From: a virus
Virus record (IMG/VR): IMGVR_UViG_3300031851_000004
Span: 1-64,000 of that record
Length of the DNA: 64,000 nt
Direction: 5' to 3' (one strand)
The notes below the pieces were generated by a model, which worked only from the letters and a program-made list of their open reading frames with translations, did no database searches and had not been told where the DNA came from. Shown here one piece after another: positions 20,550-29,846 of this stretch (its first letter is position 1; each line of letters opens with the position of its first letter). The translations under genes and the position numbers were made by a program.

Positions 20550-21153
20550 AGATTTTTTTTCTCAAGCAATTAAAGAGCATGGAGCAACTCCAAAAGGGGT
20601 GGTATGGAATGATTTAGATAGAATTTATACTAGCTTTGATCAGTTAGTAAAAATAATCAATCCTTCCTTAAATAAATTCTCGATCAATGACTTGGGCTGC
20701 GGTTATGGAGAATTAGTAAAGTTCTTAAAAAACAAAACAGAAATTTTATCCTCATTTAAATATTACGGATCTGATATTTCTCCAGAAATGATCAGGCATG
20801 CCAAAATTTATTGTGAAGGTGAACCTAATTGTTCCTTTAAAGTTTCAAATACCTTAGAACATGTTTGTGATTATAGCGTGGCTAATGGTATTTTCAATAT
20901 GAAGCTTGATGCCAATGAAGAAGATTGGGTAGATTATGTAAAATCCTCATTGCATACATTAAATGATTACAGTAAATTAGGTTTTTCTTTTAATGCCTTA
21001 ACATCTTATTCAGATAAAGAAAAAATGAAAGATGAATTATTTTATGCTAACCCTTGTAATTTTTTTGATTTTTGCAAAAACAATTTTTCAAAAAATGTAT
21101 CATTAATACATGATTATGGTTGCTATGAATTCACCATAAGGGTAATCAAATGA
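20527..21153 (+). CDS. class I SAM-dependent methyltransferase
   Basis: DLGCGYG, GSDIS, DY.VANGIFN and HDY..YEF motifs. Confidence 0.88.
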   Translation: MEIENKVRDFFSQAIKEHGATPKGVVWNDLDRIYTSFDQLVKIINPSLNKFSINDLGCGYGELVKFLKNKTEILSSFKYYGSDISPEMIRHAKIYCEGEPNCSFKVSNTLEHVCDYSVANGIFNMKLDANEEDWVDYVKSSLHTLNDYSKLGFSFNALTSYSDKEKMKDELFYANPCNFFDFCKNNFSKNVSLIHDYGCYEFTIRVIK

Positions 21154-21638
21154 TTAATAAATATTATGTAGCATACTCCCCCTGTGCTGAAGATGTAAAA
21201 ACACACGACCCTGATACTTTATTTCGTATTGTTTGGGTTTCGCCTGAAAATTATGATGAATTAGGTAAAGAGTTAGGGGGAAAAGAGGTTGGTTTATGCG
21301 GATATTTACATATGACTAATGTTAGTTTTGAGTATATGCCAATGCCTTCTGTAGCAAGCAGAGGTAAGCAATGTAAAAACCAAAACAATAGAGGTTATGC
21401 GAAAGGTAACATTTCAGACATGGATGAAAAAGCCAAAAACAACTATCCTTCTATAACATTAACAAAAGAATCTTATGTGAAGAATGATTCTTTTCCATTA
21501 AGATGGATCTGGATTGAAAGTCAGAGTAAATTTATGTTTTGTTGTTTAAAAGATAAATTAATGCAACCCATTTCTAATGCGCAGCATTTGTTTACGGTAT
21601 CGGGCGAAGCTCATGTATGTGGAAAAATAAATCTTTAA
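21150..21638 (+). CDS. hypothetical protein
   Basis: ATGA-coupled ORF with no recognised motif. Confidence 0.6.
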   Translation: MINKYYVAYSPCAEDVKTHDPDTLFRIVWVSPENYDELGKELGGKEVGLCGYLHMTNVSFEYMPMPSVASRGKQCKNQNNRGYAKGNISDMDEKAKNNYPSITLTKESYVKNDSFPLRWIWIESQSKFMFCCLKDKLMQPISNAQHLFTVSGEAHVCGKINL

Positions 21639-21646
21639 CTTAAAAG

Positions 21647-22276
21647 ATGACGTACAACCCATATAAAATTGTTAAAGAATTTGAAGATGCAATTGCTTCT
21701 TACACAAAATCGCCTTTTGCTGTTGCGGTTGATAGTTGTACAAATGCATTGTTTCTATGTTGTAAATATTTAAATGCTAAGGATGTAACAATACCTTCAA
21801 AGACATACCTTTCAGTACCCATGAGTATAATTCATTCTGGAGGAAATGTTATATTCGACAAGACTGTGGAAACTAATGACTGGGATGGTATTTATCAATT
21901 AAAACCTTATCCGATTTATGATGCTGCAAAAAGATTAACATCAAACATGTATATCCCTAAATCTTATATGTGCTTGTCTTTTCATATAAAAAAACAATTA
22001 CCCATAGGTAAAGGTGGAATGATTCTAACTGACAATAAGGATGCGGTAGAATGGTTTAAAAAAGCTAGATACGAAGGTCGTAGTGAAAAGTTTTATAAAG
22101 ATGATAACATAGATATGCTTGGTTGGAATATGTACATGACACCACAACAAGCATCTGTTGGTCTAGCTTTAATGCAAAATTACCCTGAACATAATACTGA
22201 CCAAGAAGAGAGGAATGGTTATCGAAATTTAACTGAATTTGAAATTTTTAAAAACAACACTATTATAGGCAATTAA
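21647..22276 (+). CDS. short DegT-family aminotransferase (209 aa)
   Basis: VDSCTNAL, DAA and SFHIKKQLPIGKGG motifs; lacks the usual C-terminal domain. Confidence 0.82.
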   Translation: MTYNPYKIVKEFEDAIASYTKSPFAVAVDSCTNALFLCCKYLNAKDVTIPSKTYLSVPMSIIHSGGNVIFDKTVETNDWDGIYQLKPYPIYDAAKRLTSNMYIPKSYMCLSFHIKKQLPIGKGGMILTDNKDAVEWFKKARYEGRSEKFYKDDNIDMLGWNMYMTPQQASVGLALMQNYPEHNTDQEERNGYRNLTEFEIFKNNTIIGN

Positions 22277-22279
22277 GTT

Positions 22280-22405
22280 ATGAAAGATTACATCAGTCCT
22301 AACTATCAAGATACTGTCATGAGGGCGGTTGACGAATTCGTAGGAGGCACTTCTTTTAAAAAAATAGGTCTAGAAAGAAGTTTAATTGCATTTAGGAATG
22401 AATAA
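22280..22405 (+). pseudogene. 41-aa ORF resembling a methyltransferase C-terminal remnant (absent from ORF track)
   Basis: MKDYISPNYQDTVMRAVDEFVGG...; DY..V..AVDEF is the usual end of Methyltransf_24/TylF-like enzymes. Confidence 0.45.
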
Positions 22406-23252
22406 AATTGGAATAATAGGAAATGGATTTGTTGGGTCAGCAATTTCTGCGGGTTTTATTCACCATGTAGATGACTTAAAGGTTTTCGACAAGGATCCCA
22501 AGCGATCCGCAAATACCCTCAAGGAATGTGTAGGGCAAGATATTGTTTTTGTTTGCTTGCCCACTCCCATGTCACTTTCTGAAAATGGAAAGTGCGACCT
22601 TTCGATTATAAAATCTTGTTTCAATGAGGTTAATAATCTTGGATCTTCTTCAATTTTTGTGATTAAATCAACAGTTCCAATTGGGACTACGTTGTCCTTG
22701 CAAGAGGAGTTTCCTAAGCTAAAAATATTTCACTCTCCAGAATTCCTAACCGCCAGAACGGCTCGTTTGGATTTTATCACGCCCTCCAGGAATATTGTTG
22801 GGTTCCCCAAAGGTTTTTACTCTAACATACATGGAGTTCCTGCGCAAATCGTGTCTTTATATGAAAGTCGTTTCCCTGGAGTTAAGACGTTCTTAATGGA
22901 TAGCAACTCTACGGAAATGATAAAATATATTGCTAATTGTTTTTTTGCGACAAAAATTAGTTACTTCAATGAAGTAAAGCTTTTGTGTGATAAGATGGAT
23001 ATTGATTATGATCAAGTGATGGAGGGAGTGCTTTCAGACGGAAGGATAGGTATAAGCCACTTTCAAGTTCCTGGGCATGATGGGAAGTCTGGATTCGGTG
23101 GTACATGCTTCCCCAAAGACATTAATTCTTTTATCAACTTAATGATTGACAACGAAATTGATCCAAATGTATTAAAAGGGGCATGGGAAACAAACTTAAA
23201 TGTTAGACCAGAAAAAGATTGGGAGAATTTTTCATCAGCAGTAACGCAATAA
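22398..23252 (+). CDS. UDP-glucose/GDP-mannose dehydrogenase family, short form
   Basis: [25 protein letters not shown] and [10 protein letters not shown] motifs; ATG 22398 preferred. Confidence 0.9.
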   Translation: MNKIGIIGNGFVGSAISAGFIHHVDDLKVFDKDPKRSANTLKECVGQDIVFVCLPTPMSLSENGKCDLSIIKSCFNEVNNLGSSSIFVIKSTVPIGTTLSLQEEFPKLKIFHSPEFLTARTARLDFITPSRNIVGFPKGFYSNIHGVPAQIVSLYESRFPGVKTFLMDSNSTEMIKYIANCFFATKISYFNEVKLLCDKMDIDYDQVMEGVLSDGRIGISHFQVPGHDGKSGFGGTCFPKDINSFINLMIDNEIDPNVLKGAWETNLNVRPEKDWENFSSAVTQ

Positions 23253-23256
23253 ACAT

Positions 23257-24165
23257 ATGAAATATATAGTAACAGGAGGAGCAGGTTTTATAGGTAGTAA
23301 TTTGATTGATTTATTAATAGATGAAGGGCATGAAGTTTCAGTAATTGATAATTTATCAACAGGAAAAAAAGAAAACATCAATCCTAAAGCGGATTTATAT
23401 GTGTTAGACATATCTGATCCAATTAATTTTAATGCCATGATTCATATAATGAGGGGCTCAAATGGAATCTTTCATTTAGCTGCATTAGCTAGAGTTCAAC
23501 CTTCAATAGAAGACCCTCACGAGTTTAATAAAATAAATGTAACAGGAACATTAAATGTTTTGCATTGTGCTAAAGAGGCTGGGACAAAAAGAGTTGTTTA
23601 TAGCGCCAGTTCTTCTGCATATGGAAATGCTTCAATTTTCCCCACTCCAGAAGATCATCCAACAGATCCCCTAAGTCCATATGGTTTACAAAAACTAATA
23701 GGCGAGCAGTACTGTACAGTTTTTAATCATTGTTACGATTTAGAAACGGTTAGCCTTAGGTACTTTAATGTTTTTGGAGAGCGTCAAGCTTTAACTGGTG
23801 CTTATTGTTTGGTTATGGGTATTTTTGCAAAGCAAAAGCTAGAAGGAAAGCCAATGACTATATATGGAGATGGAGAGCAAAAAAGAGACTTTACATATGT
23901 TAAAGATGTAGCCAGAGCTAACCTATTAGCTATGGAGTCTCCCAATGTTGGATCTGGAGAAGTCATAAATGTCGGTAATGGAGACAATAGGTCTGTCAAT
24001 CAAATAGCTGATCTAATCGGTGGAGAAAGAGAGTACTTGCCTGAAAGGCTTGAACCGAAGCAAACATTGGCAGATAATTCGAAAGCAAAAAAACTTTTAG
24101 GCTGGAAACCTACGGTTCTAGTCGAAGACTGGATACCTAATTGGATTAAAAACATAAACATATAA
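23257..24165 (+). CDS. NAD-dependent nucleotide-sugar epimerase (WbpP/GalE-like)
   Basis: [27 protein letters not shown] and GDGEQKRDF motifs. Confidence 0.92.
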   Translation: MKYIVTGGAGFIGSNLIDLLIDEGHEVSVIDNLSTGKKENINPKADLYVLDISDPINFNAMIHIMRGSNGIFHLAALARVQPSIEDPHEFNKINVTGTLNVLHCAKEAGTKRVVYSASSSAYGNASIFPTPEDHPTDPLSPYGLQKLIGEQYCTVFNHCYDLETVSLRYFNVFGERQALTGAYCLVMGIFAKQKLEGKPMTIYGDGEQKRDFTYVKDVARANLLAMESPNVGSGEVINVGNGDNRSVNQIADLIGGEREYLPERLEPKQTLADNSKAKKLLGWKPTVLVEDWIPNWIKNINI

Positions 24166-24166
24166 C

Positions 24167-25240
24167 ATGAAAAAAATATTAGTAACTGGAATAACAGGTC
24201 AAGACGGAAGTCTTATGTGTGATTATTTGATAAATTTATTCACTAAAGAATTTGGAAAAACTGATTTTAAAATTTACGGATCAGTTAGAAGGTTGAGCGT
24301 AAAAAATCATGAAAATATAGCTCATCTTGAGGGTAATCCTTATTTTGAGATTATTGATCTTGACTTGAATGATGCGCATAGTATTAGAGATTGCATAATA
24401 GATATAGATCCTGATTATTTTATTAATTTTGCCGCTCAGTCTTTTGTTGCTGGAAGCTGGAAGTACCCCATTCAAACATGGGGTACGGACGCAGATGCAG
24501 TTTTACATATACTAGAATCAATAAGAAGGTTTGCCCCTAAATGCAGATTCTATAATGCTGGTTCTTCTGAGGAGTTTGGGGATGTAGTTTATAGCCCTCA
24601 AAATGATGAGCACCCTCTTCGGCCCCAATCCCCCTACGGAGCAGCCAAGTGTGCTGCTAGGCATATAGTTAGAGTCTACAAAGAGTCCTACAATTTATAC
24701 GCGGTTCAGGGGTGGTTATTCAACCATGAAGGAATTAGGCGAGGCATTGATTTTGTTACTAGAAAAATTACTTATAATATTGCTAAATTTAAAATAGCTT
24801 TAGAAAAATCGAACTTACATTCTGTAGAGATCCCATATTTTTCTCTAGGAAACTTAGACGCTCAAAGAGATTGGAGTGATGCAGAAGATTTCATGGAGGG
24901 TGTTTGGTTAATGTTGAATCAAACTGGTGACCCTCGCAATTATGTTTTAGCTAGCGGAGAAATGCACACTATAAGAGAATTTTTAGAAGAATCATTAAAA
25001 TGCGCAAACATAGATTTTTACAAAACAGGCGAAAGCGATTCTGAAAAATATTATAGTAAGAAAGGGGGACACTTAATCATGTCGGTTGATCCTAAATTTT
25101 ACAGACCAGCGGAGGTTTATGAGCTCTGTGGCGACCCTACTAAAGCGGAAGAAGAATTGAACTGGAAAAGAAAAACAGATTTTAAAGGTTTAGTAAACAA
25201 AATGTATCAAAGCGATTATACAAAATTATCTAGTGAGTAA
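24167..25240 (+). CDS. gmd: GDP-mannose 4,6-dehydratase
   Basis: TGITGQDG, AAQS, SPYGAAK, FNHE, FVTRKI, LGNLDA.RDW and YRPAEV motifs. Confidence 0.95.
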   Translation: MKKILVTGITGQDGSLMCDYLINLFTKEFGKTDFKIYGSVRRLSVKNHENIAHLEGNPYFEIIDLDLNDAHSIRDCIIDIDPDYFINFAAQSFVAGSWKYPIQTWGTDADAVLHILESIRRFAPKCRFYNAGSSEEFGDVVYSPQNDEHPLRPQSPYGAAKCAARHIVRVYKESYNLYAVQGWLFNHEGIRRGIDFVTRKITYNIAKFKIALEKSNLHSVEIPYFSLGNLDAQRDWSDAEDFMEGVWLMLNQTGDPRNYVLASGEMHTIREFLEESLKCANIDFYKTGESDSEKYYSKKGGHLIMSVDPKFYRPAEVYELCGDPTKAEEELNWKRKTDFKGLVNKMYQSDYTKLSSE

Positions 25241-26174
25241 AACTATATTTCTTGCAGGCCATGGAGGTATGGTGGGATCTGCCGTACACAAAAAACTTAC
25301 CGAATCTGGCTACTCAAATATAATAACAAGGTCTAGATGCGAGCTAGATTTGAGAAAACAATCTGATGTTCTAAATTTCTTTAAGAATATTAATTTTGAT
25401 ACAGTGATACTCTGCGCTGCTAAAGTTGGTGGGATACTTGCTAATAACAATTACAAAGCAGATTTCATCTCAGATAATATATCAATAGGAGCAAACATAG
25501 TTAATGCTTGTCATGCTTATGGAATAAAAAAACTTATCAACTTAGGGTCGTCTTGTATATATCCAAACACATTTAAGGAACCCATAAAAGAGGAAGACTT
25601 ACTCTCTGGATATTTGGAGCCTACAAATGAAGCTTATGCTATAGCTAAAATTGCAACTTTAAAAATGTGTGAAAGTTTTTATAATCAACATGGGTCTAAT
25701 TTTTATTCAATAATGCCCTGTAATCTATATGGACCAAATGACAATTTTGATTTAAAATCTTCACATGTTCTCCCTGCGTTAATTAATAAAGTTCATTCAG
25801 CTAAGGTCGAAAACAAAAAATCAATAGAACTTTGGGGGAGCGGAAAACCTTTAAGAGAGTTTTTGTTTTGCGAAGATTTGGCTGATGCTATATTATATTG
25901 CATAGAGAATGTAGATGCAGAACAGATTTATTCTCAAAAAATTTCTCATATAAACTGTGGATCAGATGAAGAACTTTCCATCCTAGATCTTTTATTAAAA
26001 ATTAAAAAAATTTTAAAATATAAAGGGGATATTATTTTTGATAAAAATAAACCTGACGGAACTTTTAGAAAAAAAATGGACAACTCAAGAATTAACGGTT
26101 TAGGTTTTTATCCGCAAACCTCTCTTGAAGAAGGAATTACTAAAACATATTCATGGTTTCTGAATAATTTGTAA
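25233..26174 (+). CDS. fcl: GDP-L-fucose synthase
   Basis: GHGGMVGSA, AAKVGGI, LGSSCIYP, YAIAK, NLYGPNDNF and WGSG.PLREF motifs. Confidence 0.95.
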   Translation: MSKTIFLAGHGGMVGSAVHKKLTESGYSNIITRSRCELDLRKQSDVLNFFKNINFDTVILCAAKVGGILANNNYKADFISDNISIGANIVNACHAYGIKKLINLGSSCIYPNTFKEPIKEEDLLSGYLEPTNEAYAIAKIATLKMCESFYNQHGSNFYSIMPCNLYGPNDNFDLKSSHVLPALINKVHSAKVENKKSIELWGSGKPLREFLFCEDLADAILYCIENVDAEQIYSQKISHINCGSDEELSILDLLLKIKKILKYKGDIIFDKNKPDGTFRKKMDNSRINGLGFYPQTSLEEGITKTYSWFLNNL

Positions 26175-26183
26175 TTTATTTTC

Positions 26184-26266
26184 TTGACTTTGTTGGGTCT
26201 TTTGTATAAGATTCAAACATGTCAGTTTTAAATTCGTCAACAAAATAACCCCGCCTATTGGTGTAA
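26184..26266 (+). promoter_or_regulatory. tandem promoters for nrdA (sigma70-like plus GTGTAA)
   Basis: TTGACT-N17-TAAGAT at 26184-26212; GTGTAA at 26261, 8 nt before the ATG. Confidence 0.6.
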
Positions 26267-26274
26267 ACAATTTT

Positions 26275-28743
26275 ATGGAAATAAATGTAAAAAAAAGAAA
26301 CGGAAGGTTGGAAAAATTTCAAGTAGAAAAAATAAATTTAAGCACTCAGAGAGCGTGTCAAGACATAGAGGATGTTTCAGCTAGCGAAATAGTGTTAGAT
26401 GCTCAACTTCAATTGTTCGATAAGATCACTACTAAAGAAATCGACCAAGCTTTAATATTATCAGCAAGAGAAAAGATAGAAAAGGAGCCTAACTATTCCA
26501 AAGCAACAGCTCAGTTACTTCTCAATACTTTATATAAAGAAGTATTTAAGGAAGGGGTTGATTCCGACACATTCAAGCTACAATATAGAAAAAGTTTTAT
26601 TCAAGGAATTAAAAAGTTAGTAAAAGAAGACAGGTTAAACGAAAAGCTTTTAGATTTTGATCTTGTAAAATTATCAGAAGCTCTAAAAATCAGAAGAGAT
26701 TATAATTTTAAATATCTAGGAATACAAATTCTATCAGATCGATACTTTATCAGATCTGATAACAAGATAATGGAGGCTCCTCAATCTTTTTGGATGAGGG
26801 TTGCTATGGGTTTATCTTTAAACGAAATTAATAAAGAAGAAAAAGCTATAGAGTTTTATGATTTGTTTAGTAAAATGCTATATACCCCATCAACACCGAC
26901 TCTTTTTAATAGTGGAACAAAACATTCTCAATTAAGCTCTTGTTATCTTAATACTTTTGACGATAGCATAGATGGCATTTTTGATGGAGCTTGGCAAGAG
27001 GCTCGTAAATCAAAATTTGCTGGAGGACTTGGTCTCGATGTTACCCCCTTTCGTTCAACAGGCTCTCATATTCAAGGGACTAATGGTATATCTAGCGGAC
27101 TTGTTCCTTGGCTTAAAATATATAATGATTTACTAGTTGCGGTAAATCAAGGGGGCAAGCGTCCAGGTGCTGGCTGTGCATATTTAGAGCCTTGGCATCT
27201 AGATTTTGAAGATTTCTTAAACCTAAGAAGGAATACTGGCGATGAGAGACTTAGGTGTCATGATATGAACACTGCTTCTTGGGTTCCCGATGAATTCATG
27301 CGTAGGGTAGAGGAAGAAGATGTTTGGTATTTTTTCGACCCAAGAGATACTGCAGGTGAAGATGGAAAAACTTTACACGATTGTTTTGGGAAAGATTTCG
27401 ATGATCGCTATAATAAGCTATGTGATGATGCGAAAAAAGGTTTGATAAAAAACTATCGAATAATTCCTGCAAAAGAATTGTGGAAAAAAATGTTAAAAGT
27501 TCTTTTTGAAACATCTCACCCTTGGAACACTTTTAAAGACCCATGCAACATCCGTTACACAAATCAGCACGAAGGAGTGGTTCACAGTTCAAACCTATGC
27601 ACGGAAATCACTTTGCACACAAAAGCTTCTGAATACAAAAGCGGGGAAAAAACAAAAATAGGAGAAACTGCTGTTTGTAATCTTGGTTCTATTAATCTAT
27701 TAAATCACTTAATAGAGAAAGAAATTCACGGACAACCTAAGTGGGTTATTGATTATGAAAAATTAGAATCTACCATTCATACGGCTATTAGAATATTAGA
27801 TAACGTTATTGATCTTAACTTTTACCCAACTAAAGAGGCGTCTAGTTCAAATTTAAAACATCGCCCGATTGGATTGGGAATGATGGCTGTTCACGACGTT
27901 CTCCATAAATTAAATATAAAAATAGACAGCGATGAGTCTGTAAAATTTAATGATAATCTTTTTGAGTTTTATTCAATGAATGCAATTTATGCGAGTTCTT
28001 TGTTGGCAAAAGAAAGGGGTTTTTACAAAACTTACGAAGGTTCTTTGTGGAGCTCGAATATATTACCTATTGATTCTTATAATAACTTAATGAGCTACAG
28101 AGGTAAAAAAGAAAAAGGCTCTGAAACATTTAAAAAATGGGAAGAAGTTAGGAAACACATTAGTCAATACGGAATGAGGAATTCCAATGTAATGGCGATA
28201 GCTCCAACAGCAACTATCGGTTATATTAACGGAGTTGAACAGAGTATAGAGCCCAACTTTTCGGTATTATTTGTTTATGAAAACAAAAGTGGTAATTTCT
28301 ATATAACAAATGAACATTTCATAAAAGACATGAAAGAAAAAGGTATTTGGAATGCGGAGATGTCTTCTTTTATAAAAAGCATAGACGGAGACTTGTCTTT
28401 AGCAAGCGAAAATATCCCAGAAGATCTTAAGGAAAAATATAAAACTGCATTCGATAGAGATATGTTTAAACTTATAGAATGTAATTCTTCTCGCCAAAAA
28501 TGGATAGATCAAGCTGTCAGTTTTAATCTTTATAATAAAACTACATCTTTAAAATACTTAAATGATATTTACTTTGCTAGCTGGAAAGCTGGATTAAAAA
28601 CTACATATTATTTGAGAAATAGAGCGGCAAGTAAAGTGGAGAAGTCTAATAAAGAAAATTCTAAAGAAGTAGAGAATGATGAACCTTCTGCATGTAGTAT
28701 AAATGCTATGCAATCTGGCGAGAGCTGCGAATCATGTCAGTAA
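26275..28743 (+). CDS. nrdA: ribonucleotide reductase class I alpha subunit with ATP cone
   Basis: VKKRNG cone, TPTLFN..SSC, SNLCTEI, VCNLGS, APTAT, KTTYY and C-terminal CESC motifs. Confidence 0.97.
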   Translation: MEINVKKRNGRLEKFQVEKINLSTQRACQDIEDVSASEIVLDAQLQLFDKITTKEIDQALILSAREKIEKEPNYSKATAQLLLNTLYKEVFKEGVDSDTFKLQYRKSFIQGIKKLVKEDRLNEKLLDFDLVKLSEALKIRRDYNFKYLGIQILSDRYFIRSDNKIMEAPQSFWMRVAMGLSLNEINKEEKAIEFYDLFSKMLYTPSTPTLFNSGTKHSQLSSCYLNTFDDSIDGIFDGAWQEARKSKFAGGLGLDVTPFRSTGSHIQGTNGISSGLVPWLKIYNDLLVAVNQGGKRPGAGCAYLEPWHLDFEDFLNLRRNTGDERLRCHDMNTASWVPDEFMRRVEEEDVWYFFDPRDTAGEDGKTLHDCFGKDFDDRYNKLCDDAKKGLIKNYRIIPAKELWKKMLKVLFETSHPWNTFKDPCNIRYTNQHEGVVHSSNLCTEITLHTKASEYKSGEKTKIGETAVCNLGSINLLNHLIEKEIHGQPKWVIDYEKLESTIHTAIRILDNVIDLNFYPTKEASSSNLKHRPIGLGMMAVHDVLHKLNIKIDSDESVKFNDNLFEFYSMNAIYASSLLAKERGFYKTYEGSLWSSNILPIDSYNNLMSYRGKKEKGSETFKKWEEVRKHISQYGMRNSNVMAIAPTATIGYINGVEQSIEPNFSVLFVYENKSGNFYITNEHFIKDMKEKGIWNAEMSSFIKSIDGDLSLASENIPEDLKEKYKTAFDRDMFKLIECNSSRQKWIDQAVSFNLYNKTTSLKYLNDIYFASWKAGLKTTYYLRNRAASKVEKSNKENSKEVENDEPSACSINAMQSGESCESCQ

Positions 28744-29162
28744 AAAACGATGCTGCAGGTGTTTTTGTTGTAAGTGAAAACAAAATTTTATTAGTAAAAA
28801 GGTCTGAAATTTGCCCTATTTCAAAAAATAAAATTTCATACGGCGGGTATTGGTCTTTTTTGTGCGGTTCTCAAGAAGATGGGGAGGCTAGCATTGATTG
28901 CGCAATAAGAGAATCTTACGAAGAGGCTCGTATAAAAATAAAACCAAGTTCTATTGAATATTTTTCTAGCATTTGCAACTCTTCTGGGTGGAATCTTCAT
29001 ATTCATTTTGCGGAGCTAAGAAAAACCCCAAAGGTTAAATTAAACTTTGAGCATGTTGCTTATTTATGGTGGGACATTGGCTCTCTTGATTCCTTTCCTT
29101 ACAAAAAAGAAGAAAAACTTTGGGGGGAATTAAAAAAATATGTTGAAAAAAATAACAACTAG
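28734..29162 (+). CDS. NUDIX hydrolase
   Basis: Nudix box GSQEDGE....AIRESYEEA and LNFEH. Confidence 0.85.
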   Translation: MSVKNDAAGVFVVSENKILLVKRSEICPISKNKISYGGYWSFLCGSQEDGEASIDCAIRESYEEARIKIKPSSIEYFSSICNSSGWNLHIHFAELRKTPKVKLNFEHVAYLWWDIGSLDSFPYKKEEKLWGELKKYVEKNNN

Positions 29163-29198
29163 TATACTATACACAAGAAGGACAACCCAAAAAATAAT

Positions 29199-29387
29199 AT
29201 GATTGAATTTTATAATGTAAGAAAAAAAGCTAAAGTAAGTGTTGACGAATCTAAAGTGGAAAAGAAAACTTATGAAAGAACTTCGAAAGCTGGAAAAAAG
29301 ACCACTAGATATGCTTTTGCTGCTGTTGATGAAGATGGAACAAAATTGACTAAGTTTTGCAGTAAAGAAGCTTTCGACAGCATTTAA
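29199..29387 (+). CDS. small basic beta-rich protein, possibly DNA-binding
   Basis: 62 aa, Lys-rich; FYNVRKK...RYA...DGTKLTKF. Confidence 0.65.
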   Translation: MIEFYNVRKKAKVSVDESKVEKKTYERTSKAGKKTTRYAFAAVDEDGTKLTKFCSKEAFDSI

Positions 29388-29393
29388 ACTGTA

Positions 29394-29828
29394 ATGGGTC
29401 CTATCCTAAATACTGTTTTAGGTGCGGGGATAAAACTCGCTTGCAACCTCGTAAATGCGTGGTTGGAGCAAAAAAGGCAAGATCAAATGATGCTTGCCTT
29501 AAGAGACGAAAAGATGTTTGAAGCTATGGCTAAGAATCAAGCCTCGCAAGCTTCAGATCCTTTTGTAAAAGTAACTCGTAGAATTTTATTTATGAGTATT
29601 ACTTTTACATTATGCTATCTCATGATTTACTATGCTCATAATCCATATATAACTTATGATATCATAGTGCCAAGAGGTGAAAATTCCAAGTGGGGGTTTT
29701 TTAGTTGGATTGTTGGTGGAAAAGATTGGGAGGTTGTCACCCTGACAGGCGGGTTAATGCTTAGCTCTTTTATAGATTTATGCTTCATGGTTGTTGGATT
29801 TTACGCTATTCCTAGCAAGAGGCGCTGA
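29394..29828 (+). CDS. membrane protein, holin-like topology
   Basis: Amphipathic N-terminus, two hydrophobic segments and a basic C-terminus (GFY..SKRR). Confidence 0.5.
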   Translation: MGPILNTVLGAGIKLACNLVNAWLEQKRQDQMMLALRDEKMFEAMAKNQASQASDPFVKVTRRILFMSITFTLCYLMIYYAHNPYITYDIIVPRGENSKWGFFSWIVGGKDWEVVTLTGGLMLSSFIDLCFMVVGFYAIPSKRR

Positions 29829-29832
29829 TTTC

Positions 29833-29838
29833 GTGTAA
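29833..29838 (+). promoter_or_regulatory. GTGTAA motif 8 nt upstream of ATG
   Basis: GTGTAAtatctcacATG. Confidence 0.5.
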
Positions 29839-29846
29839 TATCTCAC

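Noticed and set aside
5761-26174. Chromosomal O-antigen/capsule locus, or NCLDV origin
   Set aside because: No export or polymerase genes; flanked by phage-type genes with bacterial promoters, RecA, DnaB and tmRNA.
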